Positions 49,616 through 58,334 of a stretch of 64,000 bases of DNA are shown here, one piece after another. The notes beneath the pieces were generated by a model. It was not told the DNA's origin. It did not search any database and saw only the letters and a program-made list of their open reading frames with translations. The DNA is taken from the IMG/VR virus record IMGVR_UViG_3300025674_009014. One strand, written 5' to 3'. Source of the stretch: an uncultured virus (IMG/VR IMGVR_UViG_3300025674_009014). Taxonomy: Duplodnaviria; Heunggongvirae; Uroviricota; Caudoviricetes. A program made the translations under genes and the position numbers. Position 1 is the first letter of the stretch. Each line of letters opens with the position of its first letter.

Positions 49616-50648
49616 ATCAAGTGAAATAACACATATCCATCTAGAACCAACACAAAGATGTCAAGCGGCATGCCCTATGTGCGATAGAACGAATAATCCA
49701 CATCTAAAAAATGCTGAACTGACTATCGAAAGTTTTTCAAAAATATTAGATATAGAATTCGTCAAACAATTAAAAAGTTTGATAATGTGCGGAAATCATG
49801 GAGATCCTATTGTTTGTACAGATACTCTAAAAATGTTTCAGTATCTACGTGAAAACAATCCTAAAATGTACCTACATATGACGACCAATGCTGGTGCAAG
49901 AAATTCCAAATGGTGGTCAGAGTTAGCAAAAATAATGGGAAAACACGGAAGAGTGACATTTTCAGTTGATGGATTAGAAGACACGAATCATTTATATAGA
50001 GTAAATGTTGATTGGAATAAAGTGGAAAATTCAATGGATGCTTTTACTCAAGCAGGTGGAAGAGGATTGTGGACATTTTTGATTTTTGAACACAATGAAC
50101 ATCAAGTTGAAGAAGCTGAGAGAATGGCGAAACTATTTGGATTAGAATTTGTCAAGAAAAAATCTGGTAGATGGGTACAAACTCATAAATTCGAAAAAAT
50201 TTCTCAAAAAGAAACTAAAAAAGGTAATTTAATAAAACCCCCCAAGAATGAAAAATATCAAAATCAGAGTGTTAATCAGTATGAAAAAGTATTGGAATCA
50301 TATGGCACATTTGATCGTTACTTAGATAGTACTGATATTTTTTGTAAATCATTAGAAAATAAAGAAATTTACATTTCTGCGGAAGGATTAGTTTTTCCTT
50401 GTTGTTGGACCGCAGGAAAATTATATAAAGCATATCATAAAATAGGACAAGATCAAATATGGAAATTTATTGATGATGTTAAGAATATAGATGCTCATGA
50501 AACACCTATTCGAAATATAATTGATGGAAATTTTTTTAAAACGATTGAAAATTCTTGGTATATTCCAACATGTTCTCAGGGTAAGGCAGAGGTTTGCGCA
50601 CAGAAGTGCGGAAAAGGATTTGATGCATTTGGAGATCAGTGGAGATGA
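49608..50648 (+). CDS. Radical SAM protein with C-terminal SPASM/twitch-like domain
   Basis: CQAACPMC, CGNHGDP, FSVDGLEDTNHLYR, FPCCW, CAQKC. Confidence 0.92.
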   Translation: MYKSSEITHIHLEPTQRCQAACPMCDRTNNPHLKNAELTIESFSKILDIEFVKQLKSLIMCGNHGDPIVCTDTLKMFQYLRENNPKMYLHMTTNAGARNSKWWSELAKIMGKHGRVTFSVDGLEDTNHLYRVNVDWNKVENSMDAFTQAGGRGLWTFLIFEHNEHQVEEAERMAKLFGLEFVKKKSGRWVQTHKFEKISQKETKKGNLIKPPKNEKYQNQSVNQYEKVLESYGTFDRYLDSTDIFCKSLENKEIYISAEGLVFPCCWTAGKLYKAYHKIGQDQIWKFIDDVKNIDAHETPIRNIIDGNFFKTIENSWYIPTCSQGKAEVCAQKCGKGFDAFGDQWR

Positions 50649-50685
50649 GAGATAATTTTATGTATATTTTTTATTAAGGTTAATT

Positions 50686-51390
50686 ATGATATATATTTTT
50701 GGTGATAGTTATGCATATTCTGGTAAAAATAATTACGATTGTTTTGAATACAAAGGTTGGCATCAATATTTTGAAGAGCCTGTAAAAAATTTTTCAGTAC
50801 CTTTTACGGGGCCTCAGCACTCTATGGATGCATTGAATGAAAATATAATGAAATTGAAAGATAATGATAAAATAATTTTTATTTTATCATATCCTGAAAG
50901 ATTGAATTTTTTCTCATCTAAGCCAGAACAATCTAGAGATATCGCTAGATTTATGTTGAATAATGAGTATGATGATTTACCGTATGTGCAGTTACACTAT
51001 GATAATATAAATTACTTATATTTGACTCTAAAAAAAGAGTTTGAATATATAAATTTAAAAAATCTTTTATATTTAAAACACATATCTGATATTATGAAGA
51101 TGAAAGTTTTTGTTATCAGTGTTCCTAGAATATATTATAAGGTGGAATATTTGAATAATTCAAATTTCTTTCATTTTGATAATATCGAATCTATTTCATT
51201 TAATGAAATTAATAAATATGATTCTAAAATGAATTATAAAAATGATAAAAGAATAAATCATTTGAGTGAGAAAAATAATAAAAACTTATTTAATATTATT
51301 GATAGTTTTTTTAAAGAAGATACTCAACAGATGAATGATTTTATCAATAATTTTGAAACATCGATTTATGAAAAATCAGAAATTTTTTAG
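50686..51390 (+). CDS. SGNH/GDSL-like protein
   Basis: IFGDSY, NFS..TGP, DKRINHLSEKNN; paralog of 48574. Confidence 0.65.
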   Translation: MIYIFGDSYAYSGKNNYDCFEYKGWHQYFEEPVKNFSVPFTGPQHSMDALNENIMKLKDNDKIIFILSYPERLNFFSSKPEQSRDIARFMLNNEYDDLPYVQLHYDNINYLYLTLKKEFEYINLKNLLYLKHISDIMKMKVFVISVPRIYYKVEYLNNSNFFHFDNIESISFNEINKYDSKMNYKNDKRINHLSEKNNKNLFNIIDSFFKEDTQQMNDFINNFETSIYEKSEIF

Positions 51391-51399
51391 AACCAAATT

Positions 51400-52149
51400 A
51401 TGACAAATTTTTTTTGTTTAAAGTGGGACACAAAATATAATTCGAATTATGTGAATAGACTGTTTAAATCTCTTTGCAAGCATTATAAAAATAATTTTAA
51501 TTTTTATTGTTTGACTGATGATGGCGATGGTTTACATAAGGATATAATCGTTGAAAAACTACCTACAAAATTTTCAAAATATCCTAGAACAAGAATTTTT
51601 ACTTCTGAAAAAATGTGTTATTTTAATGATTATAAACATTTATCAGGTAAGAAAGCGTGGTTTGATTTAGACATTTTAGTGCAGAATGACATTACAAACC
51701 TAATCGATAGAGATAAGGAAAAACCTTGTTTCATAATGAATTATTGGAGAGATCCTTTTTCCCATATTAAAAATTATTCTTTTATGACCACACCGTTAAA
51801 TTCATCTTTTGTCGCATGGCAAGATGATGTCGGTTATGATTTATACGAAGATCTTGTAAGAAACGAAGAAAAAGCATTTTTTACTTACCCATCATTTGAT
51901 AAGTATTTATTCTATCAGTGTTATAGAAAAAAAATGATTGATACATGGGAAAAAGGGATTGTATATAACTATAATATTGGAGCTCAATATCCTGATGATT
52001 TAGTTCCAAAAAAATATCATTCCGATTACAAAATTTGTTTATTCAATACCTCACATAAGGCATGGGCTAGACCTAATGAAACTCAAATAGAATTACATGA
52101 GGCGAATGGATGGGCAAAGGAAATGTGGATGAGTTATGATAGTATATGA
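51400..52149 (+). CDS. Glycosyltransferase (GT-A)
   Basis: CLKWDTKY..YVNRL, CLTDD, FDLD, NSS. Confidence 0.75.
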   Translation: MTNFFCLKWDTKYNSNYVNRLFKSLCKHYKNNFNFYCLTDDGDGLHKDIIVEKLPTKFSKYPRTRIFTSEKMCYFNDYKHLSGKKAWFDLDILVQNDITNLIDRDKEKPCFIMNYWRDPFSHIKNYSFMTTPLNSSFVAWQDDVGYDLYEDLVRNEEKAFFTYPSFDKYLFYQCYRKKMIDTWEKGIVYNYNIGAQYPDDLVPKKYHSDYKICLFNTSHKAWARPNETQIELHEANGWAKEMWMSYDSI

Positions 52150-52690
52150 TAACAAATTAATTGCATATAACCTAGAATACGATTATATCGTCAAAAGATA
52201 TAATCGAAATAGTCATAAAAAATTGATTAATAGATCTTTACATCATTTGATGTCACTATTTGAAGTTGAAAATGTAAATATTTTATGTTCATGGTTTTGT
52301 GAAATAGATGTATTCTATTTGAAACGAATGGGATATAATTTAGATAAATGTTATTTCTATGATTTTGATGAAATAATACATGATGTGAACCTATTGTACA
52401 CTGAGAACTGTGTTAAAAAAGATGTAATTTTTGATAAAATAACAATGAATGGTATAAAAATACACCGTTATTGTGAATACACTTATCCGATAGGTAAAAT
52501 TTATGATGGAGATTTTATTTTAGTAGGATGTGATGATGAATCTTTGCATATATGCAACCCCATTACATCTACTGATCAATTAATAGAGCAAAATGAAATA
52601 CAAAAAGTTTATCATCATGAGACATGGGATTGCATAAGAGAATATGATGGTAAATTAATTAATTATTATTTGGTGGCAGGATGCAAATAG
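52136..52690 (+). CDS. Hypothetical protein, possibly degenerate methyltransferase
   Basis: Distant resemblance to 52681..53373 (H.CN..S.DQLIEQN.I; Y.V.G end). Confidence 0.5.
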   Translation: MIVYDNKLIAYNLEYDYIVKRYNRNSHKKLINRSLHHLMSLFEVENVNILCSWFCEIDVFYLKRMGYNLDKCYFYDFDEIIHDVNLLYTENCVKKDVIFDKITMNGIKIHRYCEYTYPIGKIYDGDFILVGCDDESLHICNPITSTDQLIEQNEIQKVYHHETWDCIREYDGKLINYYLVAGCK

Positions 52691-53373
52691 AAAGAATTAA
52701 AAAACTCGAAGATATAATTAGAGAATCTGAATTTGAGATAAAAGAATCAAATTATTACAAAATTAGAAATTGGATACTTAACAATGTGCCAGATTACATC
52801 GATAGTTATGATGATTCTATATCAAGTGGACAGTATGAATCAAAAAAATGGTTATTAGACGAATTGAAATCTGTAAAATCATATCTTAGTGAAAATGCAA
52901 TCATGGATTGGAATCAACCGACACATGTTGAAGTAATAGGTGGATGGTTCGGATATCCAATAATAGAAATGATTCAAACTATTATTGATATAAAGCAAAT
53001 TGATTTTTATGAAATAGATGAGACATGTAAAAAGGTTTTAGCTCAATATGTGAATCATTTTGAACCAGAATTTAAAGTTGCAGTTTTTGATGATTATTTT
53101 CAACGAGAAGAAATTAGAAGAAGACAAGTAATCATCAATACTTCATCTGAGCATATGGAAGATATTGTTAAAATGAAAAAATATTATAAAAATTATCCAC
53201 AGTTTCCTATTTTGGCGATACAATCGAACAATTATAGAGAATTAAGAGAACATATAAATTGTGTTAGTAGTGTGGATGAATTGATAGAAAAAAATAAAAT
53301 AAATAAAATTTATTTTTCTGGATCTATAGAATTACCTTTATACACAAGATACATGGTCATTGGCCAATGGTAA
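52681..53373 (+). CDS. Class I SAM-dependent methyltransferase-like protein
   Basis: SKKWL, VIGGWFG, YEID, INTSSEHM, QSNN, RYMVIG. Confidence 0.7.
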   Translation: MQIERIKKLEDIIRESEFEIKESNYYKIRNWILNNVPDYIDSYDDSISSGQYESKKWLLDELKSVKSYLSENAIMDWNQPTHVEVIGGWFGYPIIEMIQTIIDIKQIDFYEIDETCKKVLAQYVNHFEPEFKVAVFDDYFQREEIRRRQVIINTSSEHMEDIVKMKKYYKNYPQFPILAIQSNNYRELREHINCVSSVDELIEKNKINKIYFSGSIELPLYTRYMVIGQW

Positions 53374-53921
53374 TATTATATGTGCGCACTGGTGAAAAAT
53401 ATTCTTCATGGTGGCTTGACAATCTCAAATTTATGTTGTATAATCACTGTGCAAACGGTGATAAATTAGATATTAGAGGTATAGAGAAAGGCGAAGGTTC
53501 GGTATATGATAAACTATCTTTATTCAATGATTTCAAAGACGATGAGCAGTATTTGTATTTTGATTTAGATGTTATTATAAAAGGTGATATATCTCATTTG
53601 TTTAGAAAAAAATTTACATTACTACATGCATGGTGGAGAAAACCTGCTCATACACCTTTAAATTCTTCTATAATGTCTTGGTATGGTGACCATTCATACA
53701 TATATGATAAATTTTATAAAGATGAAGATTATAATAGAGTCAAGTACTGGAGAGGAATAGATGAGTTTTTTTATAAGGAAATAAATTATGAAATTTATGA
53801 TAAAGTGTGTTGGTCTTGGATGTTTGATAATAGAGAATTAGATTATTCAGTTTGTCTTTTTAACCAATCTCACGATAAAATATTAAATTCCGAATGGACT
53901 AAGAAATATTTAAAAATATGA
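53367..53921 (+). CDS. Glycosyltransferase (GT-A)
   Basis: GEKY, YFDLDVII, LNSSIMSW; paralog of 51400. Confidence 0.7.
   Translation: MVILYVRTGEKYSSWWLDNLKFMLYNHCANGDKLDIRGIEKGEGSVYDKLSLFNDFKDDEQYLYFDLDVIIKGDISHLFRKKFTLLHAWWRKPAHTPLNSSIMSWYGDHSYIYDKFYKDEDYNRVKYWRGIDEFFYKEINYEIYDKVCWSWMFDNRELDYSVCLFNQSHDKILNSEWTKKYLKI
53416..53444 (+). promoter_or_regulatory. Intragenic sigma70 consensus promoter
   Basis: TTGACA-N17-TATAAT perfect match inside the 53367 CDS. Confidence 0.5.
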
Positions 53922-54595
53922 AAGTTTTTGCTGTTAGAATAGGCGATAAATACGGTCAAGATATAGAAGATTATATAAATTTTAAAATTCCAGGTGTATC
54001 TTGGATTAGAGATGAAATTGATGGAATGAGATTGCAATGGAATAAATTGAGAATTATGAACATGGATATTGATGAACCTGTGTTGGTTATTGATATCGAT
54101 ATGTTATTTATTAATGATTATTTTGAGGCAATTAATTATCCTATTGAGAGGGGCGAATTTTTAACTGCAAAATCTTGGTGGAAGGATACTTCAATTGACG
54201 GTTATTCTCTAAATGGGGGATTTCAAAAATATTATCCCAGAGATTGTAAGTATATATACGATGAATTTATGAGAAATCCAAAATATTGGATGAATTTTTT
54301 TATTAACAATAAAACTACAGTAGGGGAGGTAAATGGAGAACAATTTTTTGTTGAAACTTTTGTTCGAAAAAAATTAAATTTAAAATTTATTCCTGTCGGA
54401 TGGTTTTACAAATATGATGAACGTTTCGAAACTCTTGATAGTTACAGGTATAATGCATATTTAAATTCAAACCATCCTGATGGGTGGGCATACTTAGGCG
54501 GAGAGTTTAATGAAAATATAAAAATAGTACATTTTATGAATGCAAATTTTAATATTAATACTATTAAAAAATATGATAAGAGTTATTCTATTTAA
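53918..54595 (+). CDS. Glycosyltransferase (GT-A)
   Basis: GDKY, WNKL, IDID, NGG, GEQFF, IVHF. Confidence 0.7.
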   Translation: MKVFAVRIGDKYGQDIEDYINFKIPGVSWIRDEIDGMRLQWNKLRIMNMDIDEPVLVIDIDMLFINDYFEAINYPIERGEFLTAKSWWKDTSIDGYSLNGGFQKYYPRDCKYIYDEFMRNPKYWMNFFINNKTTVGEVNGEQFFVETFVRKKLNLKFIPVGWFYKYDERFETLDSYRYNAYLNSNHPDGWAYLGGEFNENIKIVHFMNANFNINTIKKYDKSYSI

Positions 54596-55108
54596 TCATT
54601 CACTATTATCGTTATCTAATAACTGTTTAAATATGTGATAGTGATGCATCAATTCAACTAGATTAGATGATTTTCTAATATTAGTTCTCAATTCTTTATT
54701 ACCTGATTCTTGAAATTCTTCCTTATTAAAAATGTCTAATTTTATTTTAAACAATGTTTCATTTTGAGCTTTTTCTAAAGATTCTAGTGTGATTTCTAGA
54801 GGTTCTTGCTCAACTTCATTTTCATTATTAACTGTTATTTTACCCGTTTGCTTATACTCTATAAATTGTGCAAATTCTTTTGCTTTGTTGATGTTATCTT
54901 CATGTAAAGTAATAGTATTTCTTTCTATGTCCTCAATTGTAAATTTTTCAAATACTTTTTTGCTAAACTCAGAATCATCATTTGGATCCATTGCAATACC
55001 ATTATAATTACCTGCTACATCAGTGTAATATACCATAATTAAATTTTTAAATGCCATATCTGTAAATGTTGCATCAACAATATTAATACTTTCTAAATCT
55101 AATTCCAT
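54596..55108 (-). CDS. Hypothetical protein; paralog of 56172..56801
   Basis: Shared LFKIKL(D/E)IF...LR..(I/L)RKS.N..EL.H.YH motif; AAGGA RBS. Confidence 0.7.
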   Translation of the reverse strand: MELDLESINIVDATFTDMAFKNLIMVYYTDVAGNYNGIAMDPNDDSEFSKKVFEKFTIEDIERNTITLHEDNINKAKEFAQFIEYKQTGKITVNNENEVEQEPLEITLESLEKAQNETLFKIKLDIFNKEEFQESGNKELRTNIRKSSNLVELMHHYHIFKQLLDNDNSE

Positions 55109-55120
55109 AAAATCCTTATA

Positions 55121-56152
55121 TTACGCATTTCCATTTGGTGTAAGTGCCCAAACGTTATATCTGTATGAATTGTTGTCAGGAGTAAATTTTGCTCTATAGA
55201 AATAACTACCTCCATAAGTATTTACTACGCTATTGAGTGAATAACCAGAATATACAAATCGTTCAGTAATAAAACCGTAATTAGTTCCAGAATAATTTGA
55301 TATAATTGTGCTACTATTTGTTGTTGAATCAGTGCCACTAATATGATTAAAGTTATACTTTGGATATCTATTCATTAAAATTTGTAGTAAAACATTTATA
55401 ACCAATTCGATATCAAAATCATTACTATCTTTTTGAATGAAATTTGAATTTCCATTTGCGAAATCAACGAAGGTGGTATATTTTTTTGCAAGATTAGGAT
55501 TTGAATATAAGATGTTATCTTCATTAAAATCTGCCATTTTTATGAAGATATGAAAATCTTCTTGTGCATTGTAATAAGACGTATCAGAAAAAACTAAACC
55601 TTTATCGACCCATATTCCACCATCTATTGGTTGTGTTTTTCCAACAGCATATCCTCCTACTCTATCACCATACTGTATTTCATAAATAACATCACTTATT
55701 ATAGTGTCAAATATATTTGTTAAGTCAGTTTCTACTTGAACGCCTTTTAAGGTATAATTCCAAGTGAGATATCCATCAGTTTCTCTAGTATTAAATGTTG
55801 GAGCACTTGTGCCGTTATATTGTCTGTAACTATAATCCTGTGTTGCTTCAACATGAGATGCACTGGAAAGAGTAGCTGGAAAATTACCATCTCCTGTAGG
55901 TGGAACATTATCGTCAGTTCTTGTTTGCGTGACATCTAATGTGATAGTATTTTGCAATAATCCGATTACAGAGTAACCAGATGCAGCACCTCCTGCACTA
56001 ATTTTACCCCCTACATTGGGTAATACCGAATTATCTAGGTATTGAGAGTATTTTTTACGCACGGCATAACTTAGTATTTCCATTTGCGTATCGGACATTT
56101 GTCTAAATGCCTTTGAGGTTTGATCGTAAAATAAAGGTCTATTGAATGCCAT
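55121..56152 (-). CDS. Putative virion-associated protein; paralog of 56818..58248
   Basis: Gly/Ser/Thr/Asn-rich composition, opposite strand, shared N-terminal RPL..Q..I.SY..R.KY motif. Confidence 0.55.
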   Translation of the reverse strand: MAFNRPLFYDQTSKAFRQMSDTQMEILSYAVRKKYSQYLDNSVLPNVGGKISAGGAASGYSVIGLLQNTITLDVTQTRTDDNVPPTGDGNFPATLSSASHVEATQDYSYRQYNGTSAPTFNTRETDGYLTWNYTLKGVQVETDLTNIFDTIISDVIYEIQYGDRVGGYAVGKTQPIDGGIWVDKGLVFSDTSYYNAQEDFHIFIKMADFNEDNILYSNPNLAKKYTTFVDFANGNSNFIQKDSNDFDIELVINVLLQILMNRYPKYNFNHISGTDSTTNSSTIISNYSGTNYGFITERFVYSGYSLNSVVNTYGGSYFYRAKFTPDNNSYRYNVWALTPNGNA

Positions 56153-56171
56153 TTTTTATTTTTCTCTATTT

Positions 56172-56801
56172 TTAGGTTATTTTTTCATTTGAAGTTTCCA
56201 TCGTTTCATCTGAATTAACCAAAGGTTCTATAATTTCTGCCTCATCTTCAGAAGTTTCCACCGTTTCATCTGAATTAACCAAAGGTTCTATAATTTCTGC
56301 CTCATCTTCAGAAGGTTCTACATTAGTATCATTCAATATTAAATGGTAATAATGTAATAATTCTATTATATTATTTGATTTTCTAAGTTTTGACCTCAAT
56401 TCTACATTATCGCTATTTTGAACTATGTCTTCTTCAAATATCTCTAGTTTTATTTTAAATAAATCCTCTAAAGGCATTTTTTTTAAAGTTTTTAATGTAA
56501 CGCTTATATTTAGACTTCCGGATTTCTTGGCCATTATATATTCGTCAACTGCAGCATTGAATCTAACTTGTTTCTCAAATATTTTTCTGGTGTTTTGTTT
56601 CAGTTCTTCTTTTGTAAAACGTTCTAGAACTTTTTTTATCATTGGTAAAAATTTTGTAAAAGAATAATTTCCTTTTCCGTATTGTTCTTTTTCAACATCA
56701 TAATAATAGACTCTTATGGCGGATTCATCTATATCAGTTATATAGTGAGCATCTATAATTACAATTTTATCCATGTTTAATGTTTCTTTTTTATTTAACA
56801 T
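56172..56801 (-). CDS. Hypothetical protein with acidic C-terminal repeat
   Basis: Paralog of 54596..55108; start moved to ATG 56801 after an AGCAGGA RBS. Confidence 0.65.
   Translation of the reverse strand: MLNKKETLNMDKIVIIDAHYITDIDESAIRVYYYDVEKEQYGKGNYSFTKFLPMIKKVLERFTKEELKQNTRKIFEKQVRFNAAVDEYIMAKKSGSLNISVTLKTLKKMPLEDLFKIKLEIFEEDIVQNSDNVELRSKLRKSNNIIELLHYYHLILNDTNVEPSEDEAEIIEPLVNSDETVETSEDEAEIIEPLVNSDETMETSNEKIT
56191..56314. repeat. Tandem 60-bp direct repeat (2 copies, 1 mismatch)
   Basis: GAAGTTTCCA(T/C)CGTTTCATCTGAATTAACCAAAGGTTCTATAATTTCTGCCTCATCTTCA twice; encodes SEDEAEIIEPLVNSDET(V/M)ET. Confidence 0.95.
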
Positions 56802-56817
56802 AAATCTTAAATCCTGC

Positions 56818-58248
56818 TTAATTTTCAATAGCTAGATAAAATGTTGTTGTGTAAAAACTAGATGAAGAATCTGGTATATCCACAAGTTGATAAGTATATG
56901 TAGTTGCATAGTCTGGACTTAAATATGAAATGTTTCTTCTATATCTAGTATCTTTCATTTTTCCTCTGGTTTTTTTTATATCCGGTCTAGACCTATAAAA
57001 TTTATATACAGGAAGATTATCATTTAATTCTAAGTAAGGTAATAGAATTTTTTCTATTAGATCATTAATAGGCTCATATTTGGTTCGAACAGCTTCTTCT
57101 GATCCAAAACCTCCTGTAGTTTCTATTGTTTTTAATGCTCCAGGTTCTTCTGTATTATCAATATCTAGAAACACTATATTATCAAAATTATTAAAAGCAT
57201 TATTTAGATTGAAATCCGATCCTGATCCAGTTTTTAAATACATCTCATAATATTCTATAACATCTATTTCAATGGTGTCGTCAATGGTCGATAAAGGTGA
57301 TTCCGGATCGGTATAATTAGATCTAGTATCCCAATAAAAAGTTCCTATTTTTTCATATACGCCATCGGTAGGTTCTCCATCAGAATTTGCTTCAACGTAG
57401 TAGGTTCCTATACCATCACCAGTTTTCATTTCTTTTAAACAATCCTCAATAATAGCTGCAACTACTTTTTCCTCTTGTCTACCTATTGCCATCAGACCTG
57501 GTCCAAATCCATAACCTGCTTCGTCATAATAAACATAACCAAATTCATCACAATCTTCCGCAGTGGGTGTTTCAGGTAAATCATCGCACTGCCAATAATG
57601 AAATTCATGCGGTGAATCTTGCAACACTAGGGAATCCGTATCTCCAACTTCACCTGCAGTTATGGGTAGTGCATCCTCCATTTCTACGATTGGTAAATTA
57701 TCTACCACGCCATCTGCATATTGTTTCAATGCCCTTACTCTAGTTGCATTAAAAGCGGTGTTTGAATTATCAGGTATTGATCTTGTGCGATTTGGTCCCT
57801 CTGAACCAAAACCTACTTTAGGCCAACTAACTCCAATTTGTGAGTTAGCATCTCCTTCATCTTGAATTGTAGTCATTCCTATATTTTGATCATTTTTTGC
57901 TGTTACTAATTCGATATCAGTAGAAGCTCTGGCTGGTGATTCTATAAATTTATTATTTTCGTCATCATCATAAACTGGATCCCATAAAAAATGAGTTCTT
58001 CTCTGATCAGCAATTGGTTCTCCGTTCCATGTTTCTATTTCGGTCCAATCTGATCCTCCTCCTGGATCATCATCCGAAACCACTAATTGTCCTCTAGTCG
58101 GCTCAGAATCATCTAATAATCTTTCAGCATACTTAACTCTCAACAGGTATGATATAATTTTTATTTGCAGATCAGTTAATTCTGACAGCTTAAATCCAGG
58201 AGGTCTAGTAGTTGTTTCAAAAATTAATGGTCTATCTTTTGATGGCAT
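56818..58248 (-). CDS. Putative virion-associated acidic protein
   Basis: 476 aa, very acidic, Gly/Pro-rich; N-terminus and GDGIGTYYV region align with 55121..56152. Confidence 0.55.
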   Translation of the reverse strand: MPSKDRPLIFETTTRPPGFKLSELTDLQIKIISYLLRVKYAERLLDDSEPTRGQLVVSDDDPGGGSDWTEIETWNGEPIADQRRTHFLWDPVYDDDENNKFIESPARASTDIELVTAKNDQNIGMTTIQDEGDANSQIGVSWPKVGFGSEGPNRTRSIPDNSNTAFNATRVRALKQYADGVVDNLPIVEMEDALPITAGEVGDTDSLVLQDSPHEFHYWQCDDLPETPTAEDCDEFGYVYYDEAGYGFGPGLMAIGRQEEKVVAAIIEDCLKEMKTGDGIGTYYVEANSDGEPTDGVYEKIGTFYWDTRSNYTDPESPLSTIDDTIEIDVIEYYEMYLKTGSGSDFNLNNAFNNFDNIVFLDIDNTEEPGALKTIETTGGFGSEEAVRTKYEPINDLIEKILLPYLELNDNLPVYKFYRSRPDIKKTRGKMKDTRYRRNISYLSPDYATTYTYQLVDIPDSSSSFYTTTFYLAIEN

Positions 58249-58266
58249 ACTTTTTATTTCTCAGTG

Positions 58267-58295
58267 TTGACATTCTAATCATTTTAATATATAAT
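58267..58295 (+). promoter_or_regulatory. Sigma70-type promoter
   Basis: TTGACA-N17-TATAAT perfect consensus in the divergent intergenic region, upstream of AGGA RBS and ATG 58335. Confidence 0.85.
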
Positions 58296-58334
58296 AATAG
58301 TTGTAATGTTTTAATTATATATTAGGAATGAAAT

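Noticed and set aside
16142..50648. Assigning radical SAM genes to known enzymes (MoaA, PqqE, NirJ, anaerobic sulfatase maturase, viperin)
   Set aside because: Partner genes and family-specific motifs are missing; no gene symbols can be supported.
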